A DNA stretch of 64,000 nt from Candidatus Marinacidobacterium sp. GTDB taxonomy: Bacteria > Acidobacteriota > Vicinamibacteria > Marinacidobacterales > Marinacidobacteraceae. The DNA lies in assembly GCA_965204755.1 (NCBI GenBank), contig OZ242011.1, positions 1,824,001 through 1,888,000 of the forward strand. The letters are read 5' to 3'. Both the position numbers and the translations under genes were made by a program. This document shows, piece after piece, positions 53,429 to 64,000 of this stretch (its first letter is position 1; each line of letters begins with the position of its first letter). The notes under the pieces are model-generated. The model saw only the letters and a list, made by a program, of their open reading frames with translations, searched no databases and was not told where the DNA came from.

Positions 53429-53977
53429 CACCACTTCGATACCTACACGAAGAGTTTCCGCCACACGCCGCCATCCGAGTGGGACTGGCCCCGGTTCGAG
53501 GGCTACTACCTCGAACTCGAGAAGAAACTCGCGGAACGGGGCGTCCATGCCTGGTGGCACACGGACACGATCCGGGGCTCCACGACCTACCCGCACCTGT
53601 TCTGCAAGGCGGTGCCGCGAAAGGACGGGAACGAAGTGCGGATCCAGATTCGGAGCGGCCACCGCGACCTGAACCAGTTGACGGTGCAGGCGACCCGCCC
53701 GAAGGGGAGAGTGGACAGCGCCACGCTGCGCCGCCTCTTCGAGGAACACCAGGCGGCCAAGTCGTCGTTGGCCGGCGGGCGCATACACCGGTCGGCCCAG
53801 CGGTTCCGCGGGGGCGGGTTTCCCCAGTTCATGAAGATCACCTTCGACGAGGACCGCGGGAGTTATGTCGCGCTCGACGCGGACGGGAACGTGGACCTCG
53901 ACGAGACCGCGAACCGCATCGTGCGCGTGCGGGAGTTCCTGGAGACCGTCTCCGGCCGCGCCGACGACAGCGGCTGA
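53429..53977 (+). pseudogene. Start-less fragment homologous to the middle domain of nuclease #3, in frame after TAG
   Basis: WDWPRFEGYYLELE vs WGWRQIEGCYLDLE; VDLDETANRIVRVREF vs IDVAETAKRIRRVGDF. Confidence 0.6.
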
Positions 53978-53994
53978 AAGCGGAGTCCGCCTCA

Positions 53995-54173
53995 CCGGGG
54001 CCGCCCGCCCCCTTGACAGCGGGGGTCGCCACTGCATCCACGAGCCCGAGCGCGGCTCGGTGCACGAGCCGGTGGGCGTCGACATCCGCTCGGCGGTCGG
54101 CCGGATTGAGGCCGACTCGGTCCCTTTTGGGGCGAACGCCTATGCCGAGGACCGCCGGATCGGCTCCCCGACG
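53995..54173 (+). repeat. Degenerate internal fragment of the TonB-dependent receptor gene
   Basis: ccgagcgcggctcggtgcacgagccggtgggcgtcgacatccgctcggcggtcggccgg matches ~56893-56951 and the equivalent part of the intact gene. Confidence 0.8.
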
Positions 54174-54436
54174 AGGCCGGCTGGCGCGCTCACTTCGGGA
54201 CGGCGACTCGCAGAGCCACTTACCCGGTTTTTGCCTTGATATTCAATGACTTGCGTCTCATTCCGCTGAAGTTGACAGAGCGACTTGCTTCCCTCCGCCG
54301 CTTATGGCCAGATACGGGTCAACGCTCGTCGACTCGCCTCCGCGCCTTTTTCGGCCCGATGCGGGTGCTTCTTCTGTCAATCGCCCTAATCCGGCATGCC
54401 CCGCCGGCGCTGTCGCCGTACGGAGTCACCCAAGCG

Positions 54437-55981
54437 ATGACCAACTATCTCCCTCCGAACTTCTACTCGTTCGCTACCAAGGAACTGGACCAAGATGCGG
54501 CCATCGCCTACATCTTGGCATGGGCCGACCCGCAGTATCGGGACGCGCCCGCTCCGGACTCCAAGATGCATGGCCTCGCCCAAGCACTGCTCGGGGCGCT
54601 CGTCTCGACGCACCCGAGCCATGAGGACTGGACCCCCGAGAAGGTGACGAAGGTCGAAGTCACGACCCAAGAAAAGCAGGTGGATGTCCGCGCCCTGATC
54701 GAGACCGAAGACGGGACGCTCCTCCTCATCGTCGAGGACAAGATCGGCGCCACCGAACACGGCAACCAGATCCGCCGGTATGTCGAGGAATCTCGACGCC
54801 GTTTCCCGGGAGCCGAGATCGTCCCGGTCTATGTCAAGACCGGTAACGAGTCGGCGGACTATCTGCGGCGCAGGCTCTCGGTGGTATGCGGTGTCTTTCC
54901 GAGAAAGGCTCTCCTCGCCGTCCTCAACGACCACCGGGAAACCGGAAACCGGATCGTGGATGACTTCCGCGACCACTGGCAGGCCTTCGACGACCAGACC
55001 GAGGAATGGCGTTCCCGGAAGGTTGACGGTTGGGGATGGAGGCAAATCGAGGGGTGCTACTTGGACCTCGAGCGTCACGAGACAGAATGGCACTGGGGAG
55101 TGGATACGAGAGGCTTCAAACAAGTCCTCAACTTTTGGGCAGACTCCTTGATGATGAACATCGAGACGATTCCCGAGATCCAGTTGCGCGTCGAGATAGA
55201 GAACGCGAGAACGATGTGGATCTCGGCGCATCAGAAGAACCAACCAGTGTCTCGCACGACATTGGAGTATCTGAAGACGGTGCTTGCCTCGAGAAAGGGC
55301 CTTTCTGTCGGGATGGGCCTCACGCTTCGCAGAGCGCACACCAAGGCGGGTTCCAGGTGGCCGAGACCTGTACAGGTGATTGCTGACGAGAAAACGCTCG
55401 ACTACCGCGCTCTCAACGAGGACGACACGATCGATGTCGCCGAGACCGCGAAGCGGATCCGTCGGGTAGGCGACTTCATCCGGAGGACTCCTGAGCGAGT
55501 GGCACGGCGTGATGCTCTGAGCGGTCTTGTGCGGGAACGCTTGGAGAAGTCGCAGTCCGAGTCGCCGTGGAAGGTCCGCCCGCCTTCCGAGAGACTGCGC
55601 ATCTACAAGGAGAATCACTGGTCGGAGACTGCGTTCAGCGGAGTGTGGTTCCTGTGGGATGCTGACGATCAGACCTTTCGAGTCGGTATCGAGTGGCCGA
55701 AGGAGGGCGTGCCGAATCTGGCCGAGGGAGTTCGGGAATGCTTCGGTGCGGCCGGTATCGAAGCCAGTCGCGAGCAGGAAGGCGGAAGGGAACGGAAGCG
55801 GCCGAAGACCCGTTGGTTCTACGGTTCCCCGAAAGCCGAGGACTGGAGTTGGAAACGACTCTGTGACAAGAGCGACGAGGAACTGAGCGACTACGCGGAA
55901 GCCGTTGTGGCGCTGATGCGGGCCTTGGCCGGCGTCATAGACGACGCCGAGGAAACACCGGCCAGCCAGCCACCGTCCTGA
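54437..55981 (+). CDS. PD-(D/E)XK nuclease #3 with two accessory domains
   Basis: KELDQDA, VDV, IVEDKIGATEH.NQIRRY, VYVKTG. Confidence 0.82.
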   Translation: MTNYLPPNFYSFATKELDQDAAIAYILAWADPQYRDAPAPDSKMHGLAQALLGALVSTHPSHEDWTPEKVTKVEVTTQEKQVDVRALIETEDGTLLLIVEDKIGATEHGNQIRRYVEESRRRFPGAEIVPVYVKTGNESADYLRRRLSVVCGVFPRKALLAVLNDHRETGNRIVDDFRDHWQAFDDQTEEWRSRKVDGWGWRQIEGCYLDLERHETEWHWGVDTRGFKQVLNFWADSLMMNIETIPEIQLRVEIENARTMWISAHQKNQPVSRTTLEYLKTVLASRKGLSVGMGLTLRRAHTKAGSRWPRPVQVIADEKTLDYRALNEDDTIDVAETAKRIRRVGDFIRRTPERVARRDALSGLVRERLEKSQSESPWKVRPPSERLRIYKENHWSETAFSGVWFLWDADDQTFRVGIEWPKEGVPNLAEGVRECFGAAGIEASREQEGGRERKRPKTRWFYGSPKAEDWSWKRLCDKSDEELSDYAEAVVALMRALAGVIDDAEETPASQPPS

Positions 55982-56144
55982 CTTCCGTTCCGCGAGGGCT
56001 ACGCGCTCGTCGCGGAGTTTCGTAGCGTCGCGTGAGGACCGCCCCGGAACGCGGCGCTCGCGTATGGCCGGCGGCTTGCGCGCTGAAGAGCGACGCCGGA
56101 GCGACCAGAGCCGTCGCTTCAAGGCCGTGAATCGGCGCGGCGAG

Positions 56145-57264
56145 TTGGTACCATCCGCCGTTCTCTTGCTGCGGAATCTCGCCCGCTCGGGCCTCCCCCT
56201 CGTCGTCACCGCCGGCCTCGCCGCCGCCGCGCCGCCCGAGGATGACCGCCCCGATGCGCCAACGACCACGGACCCCACAACCCCCACCGAACCCCCCGCC
56301 GCCCAACCCGACGACCCCGACGCCCAACCCCCCGCCTACTCCGAAACCGTAGTCGTCACCGCCTCCCGCGCCGAGGAGTCCGTCGTGGACTCCGTCGCCC
56401 TCGTCACCTCCCTCGACGCCGACGCCCTCGCCCAATCCCCCGGCGCCCTGGTGGACGAGGCCCTCGCCCGCGTCCCCGGGTTCGGACTCTTCCGCCGCAA
56501 CACCAGCCTCATCTCGCACCCCACCACCACCGGGGTCTCCCTCCGCGGGCTCGGCCCCAGCGGGGCCAGTCGCAGCCTCGTCCTCTGGGACGGGATCCCG
56601 CTGAACGACCCCTTCGGCAACTGGGTGTACTGGAACCGCCTCCCCACCCTCCTCCTCGACCGGGTCGAAGTCGCGCGCGGCGGGGCCAGCCCGCTCTACG
56701 GCAGTTCCGCGCTCGGCGGAACCATCCAACTCTTCTCCCGCGACCCGGCGCCGGCCTTCCACGCCCGCGCCCGCGCCGGGGAACTCGGCGTGCGCGACGG
56801 CGAAGTCATGGCCTCCCACCGCTTCGGCGACTTCGGTTTCGTCGGCGCCGCCCGCCTCTTCGACAGCGAGGGCTACCACCGCATCCGCGAGTCCGAGCGC
56901 GGCTCGGTGGACGAGCCGGCGGGCGTGGACTTCCGCTCGGCGGTCGGCCGGGTCGAGGCCGGCCCGGTCCACTTCGGCGTCAACTACTACTCCGAAGACC
57001 GCAGGAACGGCACTCCGACCCAGGTCAACGACTCCCGCCTCCTGCTCCTCAGCGGCGGCATCACGCAGGACGACTGGAGTCTCAGCCTCTTCGGCCAGAG
57101 CGCCGAACTGAACAGCGACTTCTCCCGCATCCTCGCCGGCCGCGACCGGGAAATCCCCACCTCCCAGCAGCACTACGAGTACTCCGGGCTCGGCGGCCTC
57201 TTCACCGCGCGCCTCGGCGACACCGTGATGGTCGGGGCCGACTGGGTGCGCTCTTCTTGGGACG
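56145..57264 (+). pseudogene. 3'-truncated copy of the TonB-dependent receptor gene (~1.1 kb direct repeat)
   Basis: Near-identical to 60854-61979; homology ends at VRSSWD. Confidence 0.9.
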
Positions 57265-57297
57265 GCTACCATCGTTCGGTCCCCTTTTGCCTTTATA

Positions 57298-57310
57298 ATC
57301 AACGACTTAC
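57298..57310 (+). promoter_or_regulatory. IHF consensus site
   Basis: AATCAACGACTTA matches WATCAANNNNTTR, ~35 bp from the duplication junction. Confidence 0.55.
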
Positions 57311-57719
57311 AATCTCTTCCATTGAAACGGAAACCGCGACTTGCTGCACGGGCAGCTGGTACCGCCCTGTGTCCGAGGTCGTCCGTGGCAACAACTTGCG
57401 AAGGTCTCAGCGTCGGCGGTCGGGTGTGTAGAATGTGGCTCGGTTCTGACAGCAGCGCCGGGCACTCACCCCCCCAGAATTCTACAGACCGACAAGCAGC
57501 CGGGAGGGCCGCAATGGCTTCTAAACGTTTGACTAGATTGGATTTCCGCGGCGAGTTACGGGCTCGGATGCTACGAATTCTTTCGAAAATTCGATTAGTT
57601 CCGCCAGAGGTCGTCGTGGTCGTGCTGGACTGGCTAATGCGAGCGCTGGGCGGATGACGCGTAGACGGGGGAAAGGGAAGAGAGGGAGACTTGAGGTTGC
57701 CCCCTTTCGTGTACATGCC

Positions 57720-57950
57720 GGCGGCGGTGCCCTCGCGGGCTCCGCCGAAGCGGGAACAGACGCCGCCCTAGAGGACGGGTTCAGGGCCTCGAAGCGGGTG
57801 GCGCGGCGGGAAGCATGGATCCCGACCAGTACGCTGGTGCAGTGGTCCACCGCGACGAAGACCGTCACCTGGCTCTCCCGGAGGGTGGCGGTGGAGGTGG
57901 CGTTGGAGCCCCACATCACATCCAGCGCCTCGGTGCGGATGGTCCCCGGT
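57720..57950 (-). mobile_element. IS3-like transposase core fragment
   Basis: MWG..T...VFVAVDHC..LVGIHA....RFEAL. Confidence 0.6.
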
Positions 57951-57959
57951 GTGGTGGCG

Positions 57960-58335
57960 GGGCCGCAGGGGCCGCCGCCGCGGACGGGCGGGTGGGGAAG
58001 CCGACGGCGCTGGACGGCTACGAGGGCGCGGTGGAGTCGGTGCAGCGGGTGCTGGGCGACGCGTTCGCCTCGGCCTGCGGGTTCGAGGTGGACGCCTGCC
58101 GGCCGGGTCGGGGCTCGGACAGGGGGAAGGTGGAGCGGGGGGTTCGGGGGTTCCGGGAGTCGAAGTCCGGGGTGTTCCGGGAGGGAGCGGGGAGTCTTGG
58201 GGAGTTGGAGGAGCGACTGGCGGCGCGCGGGGAGGAGTTGATGGCTCGCTGGATCTGTCCGGCGACCGGAGAGTCGGTGGCCGGGTGTGCTGGCGGAGGA
58301 ACGGCGGTCGCTGCGTTCGTTGCCGACGATGGTGG
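57960..58335 (+). mobile_element. IS21-family IstA fragment
   Basis: FASACGFEVDACRP....GKVERGV; CPATG; EER..LRSLP. Confidence 0.7.
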
Positions 58336-58765
58336 AGTCGAGCGTCCGCCCCGGGCTCGCCGGCGCGACTTGGTTCCTAGAGGCTCAGCGTCGGACGGTC
58401 GAAGAAGGTAGGCGGATGCAATTCAGGCCGAGAGAGTTCGGGACGCCTTCCGTGCGGGCCGCGTGTACCGACCTGCCTCCGGTGTCTGGCTGCTCGACTT
58501 GAACCATCTGAGCATTTCCGCGGGTGCCCGCCTGCTCGGCACTTGATCCGCGAGCCACTGTCAGTGCCAACACTCAACGACTCGGCTCTCGGCTCATAGG
58601 TCATCTTAGAACAAGGGGCAGAGCGTTCGTGATAATGGGTGGCTCCGCGCCGCCGATGCGACCTCCGTCACGAACGCATCCTAAGGCTCCGCTACATCCT
58701 CGGGTGTCGCTGCCCGACAGAGCAAGTCTTTCCGTTGCGCCACTAGCCTGAGCGGCACGACGCGT

Positions 58766-60725
58766 CTACCTCCTTCGCGGGAAGATGCATTTGAGGACTT
58801 CAATGTCCTTCTCCGCGAAGAAATGGACGCTTGAGCCACTGAGCCACGGGGCCGACAGACTGCCCCAAGCCATCCTCACGCCCGGTGTTCCGAAGGGTAC
58901 ATCCGGATGTTCGAACCCTAGGAGGTGAGCTACTTCGTGAAGTAGTCCGGCCCCGTGACGGCCGTTGCCACTCCACCGCCCGGCGCAACAGGGGTCCTCA
59001 TCTCGCCACCACTTGCCCATCGTCCTACGGTTGTAACTCGTCGTACCCGTGTAGGTGAATGCCACATTCGGGGATCCTCCACGATGATCCCAAAACGACG
59101 AATCGTCATCCATGTAGAAGGCCAGCAACTGCCCTCTCTTTCGCGGCAACACATAGGGAGCCTCTCCATAACGATGGTAGTCGGTGTTCCACCCTCTCGG
59201 CATGCCAGGCGGAACTGGCACTATCTCCCCCATTTCCAAGATCCGGTACCCAACCTGCTCCTCGATGTCGTCAGCCAGAGAACGGAACGGCTCCAACTGT
59301 TCAAGGAGGTCCTCGTCGGTGACGAAAGAAGGGAAATTCCGTACGATATCCACTCGAAACGGCGTTCCGTCCCACTCATCCAATAGAAATCCGGCAGGAT
59401 GCCGGCCTACTTCGCGCCGTTCAATGCTGCAGTCGCGAATGTCTGCGAACGGCATGGTCTTGCGAACCTCATGTCCGCTTGCGTTCTCTATGGCGTGAGG
59501 GCCAAGATCTGTATCGACCGGAATCTTGCCGTCCCGCGACAGGATCGCTCCCTCATTTAGTTCTATCGCGTCCTCCGGGATACTGATACCGTCAGGATCG
59601 TGGTCATCATAACCGACGAAATAGCGGAATCGAACATCTGAATCCGATGTATTATGAAAGATGGCATATCGATATCCATATCCCACTTGAATTAGAAGCC
59701 TCGGCCACCCAGAAACCTCTACATCACCGCTCCATCGAACATCGATATAGACCGACTCGTTATCCTGATAGCCGAGTGGCGGATTATGAGGTCCGCCTGC
59801 CAAGTACACCCTTCTGATGCTAAGTCCGACACCTTCGCTGAAGTCGCGCACTCTATGGTCCGGAGAGTTCACTATTGCGTGTTGCCTGAGGTCTGTACTT
59901 ACTGTGGTCTCCGTACGAAAAAAGGAAGTGATCGATCCACCGCTGAGATCTATCGCTTCTGGAGGGAGGCTGATACCGTCATCGTCATGATCGTAGTTGC
60001 CTACGCGATACCTGAATTCGATACGGCCTGACGAAGACTGTTCGTAGAAGCGTGCGAATCGTTGCTCACTTCCAATTTCCAGTAGCATCTTCGGAGAACC
60101 TGTGACTTTGACGGCACCGCCGAAATAGACAGCAATTTGGATCTGCTCATCTGCCAGATAGCCGATCTCGAAATTCGACGGCTCCCGAATCAATATTCTC
60201 CGCACGCCTATTCCGACGAGCACCTTATCTCCACGGCGTTCTCGGAACAGATTCGTGTCAACCGACCGGCTACCGGTAGTGATGGACCCGCCGTTTAGCT
60301 CCAAGGCGTCCGCAGCGATGCTAATGCCGTCGGAGTCGTAATCGTCACCCCGAACGTCGTACGTGTAAAGGACACATCTGCCACCGGTCGAACTGACGGT
60401 CGCGAGTCTGGTGTGTTCACCAATCTCAATCCTCAGTCTCGGCGATCCGGAGACGTCAACCTGTGGGCCCCAACAGATATAGCCGGAAATGCGCTCGCCC
60501 ACCTGATATCCCAATGACGGATTGTCGGAGCCGTGGAGATCAAAGTCTTCGACTCGACTTCCAGTACCGGCAGACGGCGGAGTCGGCGCCGTAGGAGGCG
60601 GAGTCGGTGCCGTAGGAGCGAGAGTCGGGGAGGAATCCCCCCCCCCCCCCGCTGCAGCTGACGATCATCAACGCGGTGACGGATGCCACGAGTGGCCGCC
60701 GAAAGTTGTAGCGCGATCCGAACAC
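58766..60725 (-). pseudogene. Lipoprotein with three Ig-like repeats and a zincin domain, frameshifted at a G14 tract
   Basis: GTG after GGGAGG; LMIVSC lipobox; poly-G; Pro/Thr linker in the downstream frame; 3x Y.V..DD.D.DGIS; HEVAHLLGFEH. Confidence 0.8.
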
Positions 60726-60820
60726 GAAGTCCTCCCTTCTTTCCCGAGTCTTGGCGAAAATCCGGGTCGAGTGATGCCGCAAGTATACCGGAGCCTGTGA
60801 ACGGGCATGGCCGTTGAGGG

Positions 60821-62827
60821 ATGGGCCCGGAATCGCCCACTTCGTGCGTAGATGTACCATCCGCCGTTCTCTTGTTGCGGAATCCCGCCCGGTCGGGCCT
60901 TCTCCTCATCGTTACCGCCGGCCTCGCCACCGCCGCTCCGCCCGAAGATGAGCGGCCCGATGCGCCAACGACCACCGACCCCACAACCCCCGCCACCGCC
61001 ACCAACCCCCCCGCTCCCCAACCCGACGACCCCGACCCCCAACCCCCCGCCTACTCCGAAACCGTAGTCGTCACCGCCTCCCGCGCGGAGGAGTCCATCG
61101 TGGACTCCGTCGCCCTGGTCACCTCCCTCGACGCCGACGCCCTCGCCCAATCCCCCGGCGCCCTGGTGGACGAGGCCCTCGCCCGCGTCCCCGGGTTCGG
61201 ACTCTTCCGCCGGAACACCAGCCTCATCTCGCACCCCACCACCACCGGGGTCTCGCTCCGCGGGCTTGGCCCCAGCGGGGCCAGCCGCAGCCTCGTCCTC
61301 TGGGACGGGATCCCGCTGAACGACCCCTTCGGCAACTGGGTGTACTGGAACCGCCTCCCCACCCTCCTCCTCGACCGGATCGAAGTCGCGCGCGGCGGGG
61401 CCAGTCCGCTCTACGGCAGTTCCGCGCTCGGCGGAACCATCCAACTCTTCTCCCGCGACCCGGCGCCCGCCTTCCACGCCCGCGCCCGCGCCGGGGAACT
61501 CGGCGTGCGCGACGGCGAAGTCATGGCCTCCCACCGCTCCGGCGACTTCGGTTTCCTCGGCGCCGCCCGCCTCTTCGACAGCGAGGGCTACCACCGCATC
61601 CGCGAGTCCGAGCGTGGCTCGGTGGACGAGCCGGCGGGCGTGGACTTCCGCTCGGCGGTCGGCCGGGTCGAGGCCGGCCCGGTCCACTTCGGCCTCAACT
61701 ACTACTCCGAAGACCGCCGCAACGGCACCCCGACCCAGGTCAACGACTCCCGCCTCCTGCTCCTCAGCGGCGGCATCACGCAGGACGACTGGAGCCTCAG
61801 CCTCTTCGGCCAGAGCGCCGAACTGAACAGCGACTTCTCCCGCATCCTCGCCGGCCGCGACCGGGAAATCCCCACCTCCCAGCAGCACTACGAATACTCC
61901 GGGCTCGGCGGCCTCTTCACCGCGCGCCTCGGCGACACCGTGATGGCCGGGGCCGACTGGGTGCGCTCTTCCTGGGACGACCACGCGCAGAACCGGCTCG
62001 GCGCCTTCGTCCAGAAGCGGTTCTCCGCGAGCGACCGCGTGGAGTTCCTCGCCGACGGCCGCGCCGACTTCTGGCAGAACGCCGGGAACCGCGTCAGTTT
62101 CAACCCCCGCCTCGGCGTCCGCGTCCGCGCCGCCGACCGCGCCACCCTGCGCGCCTCCGCCTACCGCGGCTTCCGCGCGCCGTCGCTGAACGAGTTGTAC
62201 CGCCCCTTCCGCGTCGGCAATGTCCGCGTCGCCGCCAACGACGAACTCGGCGAAGAAACCCTCTACGGCGCCGAGGCCGGGGTGGACCTCTACCCGTCCG
62301 CGGACCTGCTGCTCCGCGCCAACCTCTTCTGGAACTCGCTCCGCGACGCCGTCGGGAATGTCACGCTCGAAGTGAACGACCGGGGAGTCTTCCGCCAGCG
62401 GCGGAACATCGGCCGCGCGCGGGTGCGCGGCGCCGAAGCGGAACTGCGACTCCGCGCCTCCGCCGACCTCGAACTCTTCGCCGCCTACCTCTTCTCCTCC
62501 GCCACTGTCGAGGACACCGGGCTGCGGCTGCCGCAGACGCCGCTCCACCAGGGGACGCTGGGTTTCGTCTGGGACGGGCCGGCGCAGGTGCGCGCCGACC
62601 TGCGGTTCATGAGCGAGCAGTTCGAGGACGACCGCAACGAGTTGCCGATGGCCGGCTTTGCCTCGCTCGGCGTCCGCGCCGCCTTCCCGGTAACCGAGGG
62701 CATCGGCATCTATGCGGCGGGCGAGAACCTGCTCGACGCCGAGATCGTCAGCGCCCGGACGCCCATCGAGACGCTGGGAACCCCCCGCGCCATCCACTTC
62801 GGACTCGACCTCCGCTTCGGCCGATGA
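60821..62827 (+). CDS. TonB-dependent receptor (start uncertain)
   Basis: ETVVVTASR TonB box, RG/DGIP plug, IEVARGGASPLYGSSALGG, FRAPSLNELY, ENLLD, terminal LDLRF. Confidence 0.93.
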   Translation: MGPESPTSCVDVPSAVLLLRNPARSGLLLIVTAGLATAAPPEDERPDAPTTTDPTTPATATNPPAPQPDDPDPQPPAYSETVVVTASRAEESIVDSVALVTSLDADALAQSPGALVDEALARVPGFGLFRRNTSLISHPTTTGVSLRGLGPSGASRSLVLWDGIPLNDPFGNWVYWNRLPTLLLDRIEVARGGASPLYGSSALGGTIQLFSRDPAPAFHARARAGELGVRDGEVMASHRSGDFGFLGAARLFDSEGYHRIRESERGSVDEPAGVDFRSAVGRVEAGPVHFGLNYYSEDRRNGTPTQVNDSRLLLLSGGITQDDWSLSLFGQSAELNSDFSRILAGRDREIPTSQQHYEYSGLGGLFTARLGDTVMAGADWVRSSWDDHAQNRLGAFVQKRFSASDRVEFLADGRADFWQNAGNRVSFNPRLGVRVRAADRATLRASAYRGFRAPSLNELYRPFRVGNVRVAANDELGEETLYGAEAGVDLYPSADLLLRANLFWNSLRDAVGNVTLEVNDRGVFRQRRNIGRARVRGAEAELRLRASADLELFAAYLFSSATVEDTGLRLPQTPLHQGTLGFVWDGPAQVRADLRFMSEQFEDDRNELPMAGFASLGVRAAFPVTEGIGIYAAGENLLDAEIVSARTPIETLGTPRAIHFGLDLRFGR

Positions 62828-64000
62828 CTCGTCGGGCATCCGCCGCCGGGCGCTTCCTCGCCGCGGCGCTGACCCTCGCCGCCCTCGCCTGCGGCGGCCC
62901 CGCCCCCGCGCCGGAAACCCAGGCCCCGGCCGGCCTCCGCGACCTCTCCGACTGGCCGCGGCAAACCCTCCGCGACGAGCCCTTCGATGTCCTCCACTAC
63001 CGGGTGGAACTCGACCTCGACGAGACCCGCCGCAGCCTCGACGGCCGCGCCGAGATCCGCCTCGTCGCCGAAGAAGACCTGACGCAACTCACCCTCGACG
63101 CCGAAACCTTCACCGTCACCGCCGTCGAAGTGGACGGCGCCGCCGCCGACTTCACCCAGGTCGCCGGCGTCCTCGACATACGACCGACCGAGCCCCTCCC
63201 CGCCGGCGCCGAAGCCCTGCTCGCCGTCGAATACGGCGGCGAGGGAGTGGATGTGGACGCCACGCGCTACGGGATGCCGGCCTCCTACGACCTCGGCCTC
63301 GACTTCAAGTCGGAAACCGACGCCAACCCCGAACTCGTGAACACCCTCTCCTTCCCGGAGGGCGCCCGCCACTGGTATCCCTCGGTGGACCACCCGGCCG
63401 ACCGCGCCACCTTCGAGGTGCTGGCCACCGTGCGCGAGGACTGGCGCGTCCTGTCGAACGGCCGCCTGGTCGGCATCACCGAAGGCGGGCGCCCCGGAAC
63501 GCGCACCCACCACTGGCGCCTCGACGAGCCGCACCCGACCTACCTTTCGGTGCTGGTCGCCGGCCCCTACGAGGTGATCGAAGACGCGCACGGCGCCGTG
63601 CCGGTGAACTACTGGGTCTATCCGCAGGCGGTGGCCGACGCCGACCGCAGTTTCCACAAGACGCCGGCGATGCTCGCCTTCTTCGAGGAGGAATACGGCG
63701 GCGTCCCCTACCCGTGGAACAAGTACGACCAGGTCACCATCCCCGGCATCGGCGGCGGCGCGGAGAGCACCACCGCGACCGTGCTCGGCCAGAGCACGAT
63801 CCACGACGAACGCGCCGAGCAGGACTTCCCCAGCCACGGCCTGGTCGCCCACGAGGCCGCGCACCATTGGTTCGGCGACTTCGTCTCCTACCGCGACTGG
63901 GGCGAGACCTGGCTCAGCGAGAGTTTCGCCACCTGGTCGGAGTACCGCTGGCACGCCGAGGAACTCGGCCCCGCCGAAGCCGGCGAAAACATGCGCCGGA
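62824..64000 (+). CDS. M1-family aminopeptidase lipoprotein (3'-truncated by window edge)
   Basis: ALAC lipobox; ARHWYPSVD.P.DRATF, GGAES (GAMEN-like), HEAAHHWFGD...WLSESFA. Confidence 0.9.
   Translation, partial: MTRRASAAGRFLAAALTLAALACGGPAPAPETQAPAGLRDLSDWPRQTLRDEPFDVLHYRVELDLDETRRSLDGRAEIRLVAEEDLTQLTLDAETFTVTAVEVDGAAADFTQVAGVLDIRPTEPLPAGAEALLAVEYGGEGVDVDATRYGMPASYDLGLDFKSETDANPELVNTLSFPEGARHWYPSVDHPADRATFEVLATVREDWRVLSNGRLVGITEGGRPGTRTHHWRLDEPHPTYLSVLVAGPYEVIEDAHGAVPVNYWVYPQAVADADRSFHKTPAMLAFFEEEYGGVPYPWNKYDQVTIPGIGGGAESTTATVLGQSTIHDERAEQDFPSHGLVAHEAAHHWFGDFVSYRDWGETWLSESFATWSEYRWHAEELGPAEAGENMRR

Overview
High-GC bacterial chromosomal window starting at the replication origin. Core part (1 to ~24.4 kb): dnaA (partial), putative oriC, dnaN, gyrB, gyrA, pyrE, a uvrD/pcrA helicase, a glmS-like SIS gene, a glmU-like gene, rsmI, sugar-nucleotide genes, rhomboid, pspC, tRNA-Glu, tRNA-Arg and an amidohydrolase. 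Accessory/defence region (~24.5 to 60.8 kb): a DriD-like WYL regulator with a DEDDh exonuclease, AAA ATPases (one with three Walker A motifs), a Vsr/C5-MTase/NotI-like restriction-modification locus, ankyrin proteins, many small membrane proteins, a Tat-signal-bearing two-domain beta-clamp paralog next to dnaB, an array of PD-(D/E)XK nucleases, IS remnants and partial duplications of a TonB-dependent receptor gene. The strongest unannotated signal is a motif CGAC-N7-G(T/A/G)CG-N11-(TA)NNNT found seven times with identical spacing in front of island genes, suggesting a local WYL (ssDNA-sensing) regulon. In two cases the WYL promoter plus a 48-codon copy of its N-terminus is translationally coupled to membrane-protein genes. 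Ankyrins, a TonB receptor and high GC are compatible with a host-associated diderm such as a sponge-symbiont Acidobacteriota, but that is inference. All calls were made by eye without database searches.
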